A stretch of DNA of 64,000 nt from an uncultured virus (IMG/VR IMGVR_UViG_3300037466_000868) (taxonomy: Duplodnaviria > Heunggongvirae > Uroviricota > Caudoviricetes). The position numbers and the translations under genes were made by a program. How positions within the stretch are numbered: the stretch's first letter is position 1; the number at the start of each line of letters is the position of its first letter. Location: the IMG/VR virus record IMGVR_UViG_3300037466_000868; one strand, 5' to 3'. The notes under the pieces were generated by a model that saw only the letters and a program-made list of their open reading frames with translations, was not told where the DNA came from and ran no database searches. Of this stretch, positions 9,508 to 18,634 are shown in pieces.

Positions 9508-10244
9508 GTGAACGTAAGTGCTACAGGTGTGGTCTAGACAAACCTGCATCTGAGTTTTCCAAGAAATCGTCTGCGCGAGATGGTTTGAGTGGAATTTGCA
9601 AACCCTGCAAACGCGCTGACGATGCCGAATACAGGAAGAACAATCAGGAGAAGTTGAGGGCGTCATACCACAAGATGATTCAGGAGCGGCCGACATTCTG
9701 GGCTGATTATTACGCAAGGCATCGAGCCAAAGAATTGATTCGCGTCGCTGAATGGTCAAGGGCAAATCCCGATAAGAAGCGGGAAATGTATCGAGACTGG
9801 TACGAGTCTAACCCGGAATATCACAACGAGTGGCGTCGTAAAAACATTGATAAATGCAGGGAGAGGCAGAGACGGGCTTATGCCAAAAAGCAAGCAACAC
9901 CGCGAGGGAGGCTAGAAAACTCCATCCGGTCTGGAGTTCATAAGGGATTGATTAAAGGGTCTAAGGCGTCCCGTAAAACGTTCGAACTTCTGGGCTACTC
10001 GGTTGACCAACTAATGCGCCATTTGGCGAATCGTTTCCAGCCAGGAATGAGCTTCGACAATTACGGAGAGTGGCACGTTGATCACATTATACCGCTGGCG
10101 GCTCACAACTACGAAACGCCAGACGACCAGGACTTCAAAAGGGCTTGGGCGCTAAAGAACCTGCAGCCTTTATGGGAACCGGACAATCTTAGTAAGAGCG
10201 ACAAACTGGAAAAAGAATTCCAACCCTCTCTTGCTTTGCACTAA
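9504..10244 (+). CDS. HNH homing-type endonuclease with N-terminal Zn finger
   Basis: CYRC...CKPC; WHVDHIIPL...NLQPLW..DNLSK. Confidence 0.88.
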   Translation: MSERKCYRCGLDKPASEFSKKSSARDGLSGICKPCKRADDAEYRKNNQEKLRASYHKMIQERPTFWADYYARHRAKELIRVAEWSRANPDKKREMYRDWYESNPEYHNEWRRKNIDKCRERQRRAYAKKQATPRGRLENSIRSGVHKGLIKGSKASRKTFELLGYSVDQLMRHLANRFQPGMSFDNYGEWHVDHIIPLAAHNYETPDDQDFKRAWALKNLQPLWEPDNLSKSDKLEKEFQPSLALH

Positions 10245-10311
10245 GCACGATCGGCCCTTTAGCCGAGTGCACCGCTCCAAAGGAGCAACCCGCAAGCCAA
10301 CGGGAATGTAA

Positions 10312-10905
10312 ATGGCAAGCATTGGTAAGTTTAACGCAACTGAACACGACACTGAGCAACGCGACTACGAAAACCTCCCGGATGGCATTTATGCGTTGGA
10401 GGTTACGCAGTCGGAAGTCGCCGCCACCAGCAAGGGCGACGGCACCATCCTTAAATTGCGCTACGGTGTGATTGAGCCGGAAGAATACAAAGGCCGGTTG
10501 ATTTTCGGGAACATCACGCTCGAAAACCCGAACGCCCAGGCGCAGGAAATCGGCCAAAAGCAGCTTGCTTCACTGTGCCGCGCAATCGGCCTGTCTGAGA
10601 TCGAGGACAGCGAGGAGCTTCATTTCCAGCGTTTTGTTGGCAAGGTTGGCTTGTCGAAAGAGCGCAAGGTTGGCGACAAGGTGTATTCGCCGCGCAACGA
10701 GGTGAAGCGGTTCTATTTCCCCGACGCCGACGACATGCCGGAAATCGGCATCACGGCGCCGAAGGCTGCGAACGACAACGCGCGCGGTGCAGCACCCGCC
10801 AACGACAACCGGCCTGCGAGCGGTGACGCGCGCACGACTGGCAACGGTGGAGCGGCTGCATCTGCAGGCGGTAAGGCCCGCCCGTGGGGGAAGCGCGCGG
10901 CGTAG
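10312..10905 (+). CDS. DUF669 family putative single-stranded DNA-binding protein
   Basis: LPDGIY...G..L.L...V..PEEYKGR.IF...L..LCRAIG; PW near C-terminus. Confidence 0.85.
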   Translation: MASIGKFNATEHDTEQRDYENLPDGIYALEVTQSEVAATSKGDGTILKLRYGVIEPEEYKGRLIFGNITLENPNAQAQEIGQKQLASLCRAIGLSEIEDSEELHFQRFVGKVGLSKERKVGDKVYSPRNEVKRFYFPDADDMPEIGITAPKAANDNARGAAPANDNRPASGDARTTGNGGAAASAGGKARPWGKRAA

Positions 10906-10913
10906 GGCAACAC

Positions 10914-10942
10914 ACTACTGGTGCGCAGCGCGCACCAGTAGT
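10914..10942 (+). other. Perfect 13-bp hairpin (processing or stability element)
   Basis: ACTACTGGTGCGC-AGC-GCGCACCAGTAGT; no U tract. Confidence 0.6.
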
Positions 10943-10967
10943 TACCAACCCAACATTGGAGAACGAT

Positions 10968-11192
10968 ATGACGCGAGATGAGGCGCGACGGCGGGTGCGC
11001 GAGCGGCGTGTACTTGGCTTTAATGAGGGCGACAATCTGGTTGAGGCGTTGGAAGCGCTTGGACTGCTGAAACTGGAAGGGGCGGAGTCCGATAACGAGA
11101 AACTGAGCCGGGCCCTATCAATCCGTGGCGTTGACTCCGAACTGGTATTCGGAGCGATGGCGTCTGCCGGCCTCAAGGTTGTCCGCGCATGA
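10968..11192 (+). CDS. Hypothetical protein
   Basis: GGAG RBS, ATG 10968. Confidence 0.6.
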   Translation: MTRDEARRRVRERRVLGFNEGDNLVEALEALGLLKLEGAESDNEKLSRALSIRGVDSELVFGAMASAGLKVVRA

Positions 11193-11368
11193 TGATCGTC
11201 TACCACATCTACATTGATCGGGACGGCGTTGAAAAGTGGATCGCGCTTGGCTTGCTTGGCGATGAGCAGGCGCAACTGCTCGGGCAAGCCTTTCCCGATA
11301 TCACCCGAATTGAAACCTGGCTTGGGCACGAAGTTTACAAGGCCAAGCGCAAGCGGACGGTGCATTGA
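11189..11368 (+). CDS. Hypothetical protein (59 aa, not in the ORF track)
   Basis: MMIVYHIYIDRDG...TVH; coupled at both ends. Confidence 0.6.
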   Translation: MMIVYHIYIDRDGVEKWIALGLLGDEQAQLLGQAFPDITRIETWLGHEVYKAKRKRTVH

Positions 11369-11985
11369 TGACCGCAGCAAACGACAACTTCGTCCCATTC
11401 CAGAAGATTCCGCGCCTCAAGCGTGGCTGCATCATCACGGAGAAAATCGACGGCACCAACGCGCAGGTTGTGGTGCGCTCCACGGCCGAACTATCGCCGG
11501 CCGAGGATGTACCGTGGCATGCCAACGTCGTGGTGAAGGATGGCCAGTCGTGGATGGTTTCGGCCGGGTCGCGCACGCGCTGGATTTCACCAGACAACGA
11601 CAACTTCGGCTTTGCCGCATGGGTGAAGCAGAACGCCGAGCAACTGGTTGACCTTGGACCGGGCCAGCACTTTGGCGAATGGTGGGGCGTTGGCATCCAG
11701 CGCGGCTACGGCCTGCATGAGCGTCGGTTCTCGCTGTTTAACAGCGGACGGTGGTCTAGCGAACGGCCCGCGTGCTGCAGCGTTGTGCCGGTGCTCTACG
11801 CGGGCGATTTCACCACGGACACGGTCGACGAAGTGATGGACGTGCTCAAGGGCGCGGGCAGCCACGCAGCGCCAGGATTCATGAAGCCTGAAGGCTTGGT
11901 CGTGTTCATGACTGCGGCGCGGCACCTCTACAAGGTCCTCGCAGAGAATGATGAGTTGCCGAAGGGCGTGAAGGAGGCCGCATAA
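11368..11985 (+). CDS. Minimal RNA ligase-family nucleotidyltransferase (Rnl2-like core)
   Basis: EKIDGTN motif I; GEWWG; FSLFN; EGLVV motif IV; terminal K. Confidence 0.85.
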   Translation: MTAANDNFVPFQKIPRLKRGCIITEKIDGTNAQVVVRSTAELSPAEDVPWHANVVVKDGQSWMVSAGSRTRWISPDNDNFGFAAWVKQNAEQLVDLGPGQHFGEWWGVGIQRGYGLHERRFSLFNSGRWSSERPACCSVVPVLYAGDFTTDTVDEVMDVLKGAGSHAAPGFMKPEGLVVFMTAARHLYKVLAENDELPKGVKEAA

Positions 11986-12533
11986 TGTCTATCGCCACAC
12001 AAACAACTACTGCACGCGCACCGCGCGGCAGTAGTAACCCACTGCTCGACGTGCAGCTTATCGAGTTGGAATTAGCCGACCTGATTGCAAGCTATCCCGA
12101 ACTGGCCGACGACGAAGACCTCCGCGCCGACATGGTTGAGGGCAGCACGGCGGCCTATGACGTGCTGGATCGCATTTTGACGCAAATGCGCGAGGCGGAA
12201 GCGGATGGCGTCGGCATTGCTACTCGTGTTGGTCGGCTAGAGGCGCGTAAGGAAGCGGCCGACAAGCGCGCCAGAGCCATGCGCCGATTCGCTTTGCGTA
12301 TCATGACGGCCGGCGACCTTAAGTCTGTGAAGTTGCCCGAAGGCACGCTGTCGCGTGTGAAGGGGCGGGAAAGCGTGGAGGTGTTTGACGAAGATGCGCT
12401 GCCTGAATGGGCGTTCTCAGTGAAGGTTGATCGCAAGCCGAACAAGACTGCGATCAAGCAGGCGCTTGAGGCCGGTATCGCGTTGCAAGGCGCGAGCGTG
12501 AAGATTGGCGATGAAACGTTGCAGGTGCGGTGA
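11985..12533 (+). CDS. Siphovirus Gp157-like protein
   Basis: Coiled coil; PNKTAIKQALEAG..L.GA. Confidence 0.8.
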   Translation: MSIATQTTTARAPRGSSNPLLDVQLIELELADLIASYPELADDEDLRADMVEGSTAAYDVLDRILTQMREAEADGVGIATRVGRLEARKEAADKRARAMRRFALRIMTAGDLKSVKLPEGTLSRVKGRESVEVFDEDALPEWAFSVKVDRKPNKTAIKQALEAGIALQGASVKIGDETLQVR

Positions 12534-12913
12534 TGGAAAACACAGAGAAGGTGGCGCATTTCGCGCCACCGCTCGATGGTCCGACCGACGAACAAGTGCG
12601 CGCCGCTGAGGCAGTGTTGGAGCAGCGCGAGCAAGCACTTGCGGAGCAGACGCGTGGCACCTTGGTTAAATGCACGTCTCAGGTGGCTACTGGCAAAGGC
12701 TGTGGCGCCATGCATGCGATCAAAGACCTAACCTACATCCAAACGCACTGGTACACGCCGCCTCATGGCTGCACTGGCGGCGACTATTGGAACCAAGGTG
12801 AAGGCCAGTTCATCTGTCCGAGTTGCGGGCACCGCAATCGGCTATACGCCGCGCCCGAAATTGAAAAGATGAAGCGACACTTCAAGTCAGTCGAAGACAC
12901 CTACAAAGATTAA
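12533..12913 (+). CDS. Hypothetical Zn-finger protein
   Basis: QTHWY.PP.GCTGGDYW; CPSC. Confidence 0.7.
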   Translation: MENTEKVAHFAPPLDGPTDEQVRAAEAVLEQREQALAEQTRGTLVKCTSQVATGKGCGAMHAIKDLTYIQTHWYTPPHGCTGGDYWNQGEGQFICPSCGHRNRLYAAPEIEKMKRHFKSVEDTYKD

Positions 12914-12925
12914 GGAGCCCACCAC

Positions 12926-13975
12926 ATGCTCACCATCTCACGCGCCGATTTGGCGCGCACCCTTTCGCACGTCTCCAAAGTGGTGGAATCGCGCAACACC
13001 ATTCCTATCCTAGCCAACGTGCTGTTGCACGCCGGGGACGGCAAGCTGACCGTAACTGGTACGGATCTGGATATAAGCTACAGCGCCACGGCACCGTGCG
13101 ACGGCGAAATCAGCACAACCGTCGACGCCAAGCGTCTTAGTGACATCGCGCGCCGCCTGACTGGCGATACGGTGACGCTGGACCTCAAGGACGACAAACT
13201 TATCATCAAGTCCGGCCGGTCGCGGTTCACGCTGCCGACCTTGCCGGTTGAGAACTTCCCCAACCTTGACGCTGGCACGCCTGACGTCACCTTTAGCTTG
13301 GACTTCGCTGCGCTGGTTGCGCCGGTTAAATTCGCCATCTCGTCAGAACAAACGCGGTTCTACCTCTGCGGCGTCCACCTGCACAGCACTGCGGAAGGTG
13401 GCATTCGCGCTGTCGCAACGGACGGGCACCGGCTGGCGCACAACACCGCGTCAGGCATGCCCGCGATCCCGACCGTTATCATCCCCGCCAAGACGGTGGG
13501 TATTGTGCCGGCCGGCGTGGTGGGCGTCGGCCTATCGCAGAACAAGGTGCGGTTCGCAACGGCGGACACCATCATCGTGTCCAAGCTGATCGATGCGACG
13601 TTCCCGGACTATCAGCGCGTCATTCCGCAAGGCAACGACAAGACCGTGACGGTTGATCGCAAGGACCTGGCCAACGCCGTTGCGCGCGTGAGTGCGGTTG
13701 TCACCGAGCGCGGGCGCGCAGCAAAGTTTACGGTCGCGGGCGACAACATTGCTATCGACGTCAACGCAACAGACGGCACGGCGCACGAAGACGTTGAAGC
13801 AGAATACAGCGGCGAGCCTGTCGAGATTGGGTTCAACTGTAGCTACGCGACAGACGTGCTCGCGGCGATCCCCGGCGACGAGGTACGCATTAGCCTGGCC
13901 AGCGGTGAAACGCCTGCGATCTTCCAAGGTGACGGCTACGTGTTGGCGCTGTGCATGCCGATGCGGGTGATGTGA
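12926..13975 (+). CDS. dnaN: DNA polymerase III beta sliding clamp homologue
   Basis: RNTIPILANVLL; TRFYLCGV; VATDGHRLA; SKLIDATFPDYQRVIP; C-terminal MPMRV. Confidence 0.95.
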   Translation: MLTISRADLARTLSHVSKVVESRNTIPILANVLLHAGDGKLTVTGTDLDISYSATAPCDGEISTTVDAKRLSDIARRLTGDTVTLDLKDDKLIIKSGRSRFTLPTLPVENFPNLDAGTPDVTFSLDFAALVAPVKFAISSEQTRFYLCGVHLHSTAEGGIRAVATDGHRLAHNTASGMPAIPTVIIPAKTVGIVPAGVVGVGLSQNKVRFATADTIIVSKLIDATFPDYQRVIPQGNDKTVTVDRKDLANAVARVSAVVTERGRAAKFTVAGDNIAIDVNATDGTAHEDVEAEYSGEPVEIGFNCSYATDVLAAIPGDEVRISLASGETPAIFQGDGYVLALCMPMRVM

Positions 13976-14268
13976 TGGCGTGGCCCCCGGAAGATGGATA
14001 CCCGTACATGCCGGCTAACGGCACGGAAGGGATGATATTCCAAGAAGGTTGGTGCGCGCACTGCGCGAGGGATGCTGAGTTCCGCCAGTCATATGAGGAG
14101 ACTGGCGGGAATCCAACCTGTAGCGGCTGCCAGATTTACGCAGCGGCATTCTTTGGCGAACAGCCGAAAGAGTGGTTCTGGCGCAAGGGCCAGCCTCACT
14201 GCTCCGCATACACCGAAGACCCGAGTTGTCCGGTGCGCTGTCCAGATACTTTGGAGATGTTTCCGTGA
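13975..14268 (+). CDS. Cys-rich hypothetical protein
   Basis: PANGTEG..F...WC..C pattern. Confidence 0.7.
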   Translation: MAWPPEDGYPYMPANGTEGMIFQEGWCAHCARDAEFRQSYEETGGNPTCSGCQIYAAAFFGEQPKEWFWRKGQPHCSAYTEDPSCPVRCPDTLEMFP

Positions 14269-14546
14269 GTGAAACCCCAAGCAACAGACGCCGCAAAGGC
14301 CGTGAAGCCTATTACCGCGGCGGCAACGCCAACGAACTGAATCCATATCGCGATCCGTACAAAATGTGTGACTGGCGGGAGGGCTGGGATCGTGCACAGC
14401 GTGAGGACGAAATCAAGGAAAGCGAAGAGCGCGAACTAGAGCGTAAGCGCAGCGAGCCCATCGCGTGGGCGATTGACGCGGCACGGACGGACGATGACAT
14501 AAAAGAAATCCTGCGACGTATCGCCGAGCATGTGGGGATGGAGTGA
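14265..14546 (+). CDS. Hypothetical protein
   Basis: GTGA coupling; G..AY..G...NPY...W..GW. Confidence 0.6.
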   Translation: MSETPSNRRRKGREAYYRGGNANELNPYRDPYKMCDWREGWDRAQREDEIKESEERELERKRSEPIAWAIDAARTDDDIKEILRRIAEHVGME

Positions 14547-14749
14547 TGGACGACAAAACATACGACACCGTATGCGCCATCACGGGCGAACTGCTGACCA
14601 AACTCGATAGGGCCGAAACCATGTACGAGGAAGTTGCCGACGCGCTTGGCATCAAGCCGTGCATCTATACGGAACAGCACCCCGCCATACTTGCCCGCGC
14701 TCGTGCGTGCAAGGCGGCGTATGACGTTGTTACTAAGGAGGTGGTGTGA
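14546..14749 (+). CDS. Hypothetical protein
   Basis: Coupled ORF. Confidence 0.6.
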   Translation: MDDKTYDTVCAITGELLTKLDRAETMYEEVADALGIKPCIYTEQHPAILARARACKAAYDVVTKEVV

Positions 14750-14994
14750 TGGTCGACTGTGATTTCCATTATTTCAAGGCGAGCGGCAAGTGGAAGTATA
14801 GCGGAGAAGGTCGGTTTCCGCGCCCAACTGGCGAAGGTTGGTACGAAGTAGACCGCGACGCAATCATTCGCGAAAACGGCGGAATGCCTGGAATCATTTC
14901 CCGAGCGGAGGACATGGTCGTCGTTGTCGCTCCGCGCGACAACTGCGACGTGCAGACGGCGTATCCGCGCATGTTGCTGCCTGAGGTCGCGTAA
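14749..14994 (+). CDS. Hypothetical protein
   Basis: GGAGG RBS; YFKASGKWKY motif. Confidence 0.65.
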   Translation: MVDCDFHYFKASGKWKYSGEGRFPRPTGEGWYEVDRDAIIRENGGMPGIISRAEDMVVVVAPRDNCDVQTAYPRMLLPEVA

Positions 14995-14996
14995 CC

Positions 14997-15950
14997 GTGG
15001 CACCACTCCCCAAGCCAGGCTCTCCAACGGTCCGCGCCATCTATCGCGCCTACGAGGAAGCCAACAAGCATTACGACTCGCTGGGCATCAGCGTCGGCGA
15101 GATCGGAACCGAATGCGATCGCGCCCTCTGGTACAACCTGCGTTGGGCAAGCGCGCCTGAGCAAATCGACGGGCGCAAGTTGTCAATCTTCCGCACGGGC
15201 GACCGTTGGGAAGAAGTGATGGTGTCGGACCTTGAACGCATTGGCGTCGAGGTGTGGGGGCAGCAAGACAAGATCAGGCTTGTCGCGGGCCATGTTCGCG
15301 GGAAGCGTGACGGCGCGGCACTTGGGGTTCCCGAAGCGCCCAAGACGGAGCACTTGTGCGAATTCAAATCGAGCAACGATAAGGGATTCAAGGAGATCGT
15401 CAAGAAAGGTTGCAAGATTGCGAAGCCGCTGCATTACGGCCAGTGCCAGATTGGCATGGAGTATTTCGGGCTAACCCGCTGCTTGTACATGGTGACGAAC
15501 AAAAATGACGACGCGAGATACGTTGAAAGAATCCCGCACGACGCAGAATACTGCATCCGCCAACTCGCGCGGGCCGAGCGCATCATTAAATCGCCTGCGC
15601 CGCCTTCGCGCCTGTCGGATGATCCGGAGTTCTTCGGGTGCAGATTCTGCAAACACTATGACGTGTGCCACGGAAAGGCATGGCCGCGCATTACTTGCCG
15701 ATCCTGCCTCCACGCCACCCCAGAAATGACGGGTGATGCGCATTGGTCCTGCGCACGCTGGGCCAAGCCGTTGAGCGTTGAAGAGCAGAAGGCGGCGTGT
15801 CCTGCACATCTTTATGTACCGGGAATGGTTCCAGGTGCGCAAACGGACGCGGACGAAGATGCGGAGACTGTCACCTACACTCTGTGGAACGGCAAGACGT
15901 GGGTCGACGGCGCGGCGAACGATAACGAGAAGCAAGGAGAGGCGGCGTGA
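14997..15950 (+). CDS. Cas4-like PD-(D/E)XK exonuclease with Cys cluster
   Basis: C.RALWY; DG; EFKS; Q.Q..M; CRFC....C. Confidence 0.85.
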   Translation: MAPLPKPGSPTVRAIYRAYEEANKHYDSLGISVGEIGTECDRALWYNLRWASAPEQIDGRKLSIFRTGDRWEEVMVSDLERIGVEVWGQQDKIRLVAGHVRGKRDGAALGVPEAPKTEHLCEFKSSNDKGFKEIVKKGCKIAKPLHYGQCQIGMEYFGLTRCLYMVTNKNDDARYVERIPHDAEYCIRQLARAERIIKSPAPPSRLSDDPEFFGCRFCKHYDVCHGKAWPRITCRSCLHATPEMTGDAHWSCARWAKPLSVEEQKAACPAHLYVPGMVPGAQTDADEDAETVTYTLWNGKTWVDGAANDNEKQGEAA

Positions 15951-16894
15951 AAGTCATTTTCGATCTTGACGGCACGATTGCGGACATCAGCCATCGAACG
16001 CATTTTGTACGCGGCGGCAACAAGGACTGGGAATCGTTCTTTGCCGGCTGTACAGCGGACTCGCCTAACTGGCCTGTAGTGCGGGCGTTTGAGGCGCACC
16101 GCGATGCCGGGCATGACGTTGAGATTTGGTCTGCGCGCAGTGACATCGTGCGCCACGAGACCGAGGCGTGGCTGGAGGTGGCCGCAGGCATCGATCCCAC
16201 CTACCTGACGCGCATGCGCTCTGCCGGCGATAACACGCCTGACGTTGAGTTGAAGCGCTATTGGCTCAATCAGCTGCACGAGAGCGAGCGCCCTGACATT
16301 GTTTACGATGACCGTCAGCGCGTCGTGGACATGTGGCGCGAGGAGGGGATTGCCTGCTTCCAGGTTACAGAGAACTGGGAAGCGCCTGCGACGATAGGCG
16401 CAGTAGCAGAACCGCTGTTGACGTTGCTGGTCGGCCCTAGCGGGGCTGGCAAATCCACCTATGCCGCGCGGTATCCTGCCGATTGGGTGTTGTCGTCTGA
16501 TGCCTTGCGCGCCTCATATACAGGCGACTTCCGCGACCAGTCCCGCAACGACGACGTGTTCACTGCACTGCATCGCTTGGCCAAGGCTCGCATGGATTGC
16601 GGCCTGCCCGTGGTTATCGATGCCACCAACCTGCGGCGCCGTGACAGGCTGGCGATTGTAAGCCTAGCGCCGTCTGGTTCTGGTGTTGAGTATGTGGTGG
16701 TTGACCGACCGCTGCACGACAAACTGGCAAGTGCCGGTTGGCGCTCAGAGGTGCAGATCAAGGGCAAGTCGCTCGTTGAAACCCACCACGAGCGCTTCCA
16801 GTCTTGCTTGCGAGACATTTTGAAGGGCGACGGCCTGCCGCAAGTGCGAGTTACGGATATGCGCGAAACCGAAAGCATGAGGGTGGCGGCATGA
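15947..16894 (+). CDS. Polynucleotide phosphatase-kinase (HAD domain plus P-loop kinase)
   Basis: FDLDGT; DDR..VVDMWR..G..C.QV; GPSGAGKST; DATN. Confidence 0.9.
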   Translation: MKVIFDLDGTIADISHRTHFVRGGNKDWESFFAGCTADSPNWPVVRAFEAHRDAGHDVEIWSARSDIVRHETEAWLEVAAGIDPTYLTRMRSAGDNTPDVELKRYWLNQLHESERPDIVYDDRQRVVDMWREEGIACFQVTENWEAPATIGAVAEPLLTLLVGPSGAGKSTYAARYPADWVLSSDALRASYTGDFRDQSRNDDVFTALHRLAKARMDCGLPVVIDATNLRRRDRLAIVSLAPSGSGVEYVVVDRPLHDKLASAGWRSEVQIKGKSLVETHHERFQSCLRDILKGDGLPQVRVTDMRETESMRVAA

Positions 16895-18045
16895 CTATGA
16901 CGTACACCCCCGCGCGCATCGAGCACATCGATGAAGTGTTGCCGCACGTTGAAGGCAGGCAAGACTTCGCCGTGCATCACAAGGAAGGCTATTCGGTTAT
17001 CGACTACCACTTCGCATTGCCGGACAGCTTTGACAACCCTTACCGTCTCGAATGCCGCGGACTCAAGTTCGGGACGGATGGGCGCGTCTTGGCGCGTCCG
17101 TTCCAAAAGTTCTTCAACGTCGGCGAGAGGCCGGACGCAACTGCGGAGAACCTAGACCTATCCCGCCCGCACACCGTCATGGAGAAGCTGGACGGCTCCA
17201 TGATCCATCCAGCCATTGTCAACGACGAAGTTGTGTTCATGACACGCATGGGCCGCACCGATGTGGCACGGAAGGCGGAGCGGCATTTGACGCCGAAAGT
17301 GGCAGAACAGTGTCGAACTTGGCTTGAGTGCAACGTTACGCCAATATTTGAGTTTACCGCACCAGACAACCGTATTGTGATTCAGTACCCGGAGTCTGGC
17401 CTTACCTTGCTTGCGCTGCGCGGGACGGTCACTGGCACTTATGCCTGGCACGCGACAACGGACGTAACTGCTGGCGCTATGGGCGTTTCCGCCGTCCCTA
17501 TCCACGAAATGTCAGACGACCCGAAATTGTTCCTGCACCACGCCCGCGCCGTCAAAGGCATGGAGGGATTCGTTATCCGCTTCGCGGACGGTTTCATGGT
17601 CAAGGCCAAGGGCGAGGACTACGTCCTAAAGCACAAAGCCAAGGAATCCGTTCTACAGGAAAAGAACGTGCTTGCGCTTATCGTTCGCGATGAGTTGGAC
17701 GATGTTCTTCCGCTACTGGACGCCGTCGACCGCGCCAACGTGGAGCGATATCGCAAAGATGTGCTGGCCGGTATCACGGAAGCCGAGGACATCCTTGCTC
17801 GCCTTGTGTCGTGCGGCAAAGACGCAGATCAGAAAACGTTCGCTACCGTGTTACTCGCTGACGTCATCCCACAAGTGCGGTCGCTGGCCTTTCAGGTGCG
17901 AGCCGGTGCCGTTCCACGCGACGCCATTATTGCTTCAATCATCAAATCGTCCACCAGCGCAAGCGGTGTCGACCATGTACGCCCGCTATTCGGCGCGAAG
18001 TTCCATGCGGCCAACGATAACGGGAGCGTGGCCAATGCAGCCTAA
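16891..18045 (+). CDS. T4 Rnl1-family RNA ligase
   Basis: ECRGL.F; RPFQKFFNVGE; EKLDGS; FEF; EGFVI; KAK. Confidence 0.92.
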   Translation: MTMTYTPARIEHIDEVLPHVEGRQDFAVHHKEGYSVIDYHFALPDSFDNPYRLECRGLKFGTDGRVLARPFQKFFNVGERPDATAENLDLSRPHTVMEKLDGSMIHPAIVNDEVVFMTRMGRTDVARKAERHLTPKVAEQCRTWLECNVTPIFEFTAPDNRIVIQYPESGLTLLALRGTVTGTYAWHATTDVTAGAMGVSAVPIHEMSDDPKLFLHHARAVKGMEGFVIRFADGFMVKAKGEDYVLKHKAKESVLQEKNVLALIVRDELDDVLPLLDAVDRANVERYRKDVLAGITEAEDILARLVSCGKDADQKTFATVLLADVIPQVRSLAFQVRAGAVPRDAIIASIIKSSTSASGVDHVRPLFGAKFHAANDNGSVANAA

Positions 18046-18634
18046 AGCAGCCAACGACAACACCCCACAGCCACAGCCCACCGCGCGCCCGGCATGGTTC
18101 GACGTGCGCCTAATGCAATACGAGCCTCTGATGCGCAACATGGCGTACAAGTATCGGGGCTGGCTTGACGCGGACGACGTCTACCAGGAGGCGGTTCTGA
18201 CCGTCCTGCGGCGGTGGGCGTCCTACCGCGGTGGCGCCGACTCGCCAGGGTTTGGCACGTGGCTTACCTACCAAGTGCGTGAGGCGGCACAGCGATGCCG
18301 CAGCGTAGACAGCAAGGAGCGGCACTTTGACTCGCTCGACGACGTCGACCGCGCAACGGCGTCTGCACCAAGCCATGAACTAAGCATCGACGCCGAGTTG
18401 ATGCTTAGGAAATGCTCGTCCGCACAGCGCGACGTCATCACCATGGCTGCGGCGGGCTATGACTATTCAGAGATTGGCTCTGCGCACGACGTAACCAAGC
18501 AGGCCGTGCAGTTGCGCATTATTGCCGGACGCAATCGCGTTCGTAGCGGGTTGCGACAAGCGAACGTCATTGCAGGTTTGGTAGCGATGCAGCGGGCGGC
18601 GAATGATAACGAGCCAAAGAAGCGGGCGGCGTGA
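18035..18634 (+). CDS. ECF-like sigma-70 family factor
   Basis: Region 2 (ADDVYQE...F.TWL) and region 4 HTH (YSEIG....VTKQAV). Confidence 0.85.
   Translation: MQPKAANDNTPQPQPTARPAWFDVRLMQYEPLMRNMAYKYRGWLDADDVYQEAVLTVLRRWASYRGGADSPGFGTWLTYQVREAAQRCRSVDSKERHFDSLDDVDRATASAPSHELSIDAELMLRKCSSAQRDVITMAAAGYDYSEIGSAHDVTKQAVQLRIIAGRNRVRSGLRQANVIAGLVAMQRAANDNEPKKRAA

Noticed and set aside
11368..11400. AANDNF as part of an actual tmRNA gene
   Set aside because: The motif is in frame inside a protein-coding gene, with no nearby stop and no tRNA-like ends
14997..15950. Cas4-like gene as part of a CRISPR-Cas system
   Set aside because: No cas1, cas2 or array; solo Cas4-like nucleases are common in phage recombination modules
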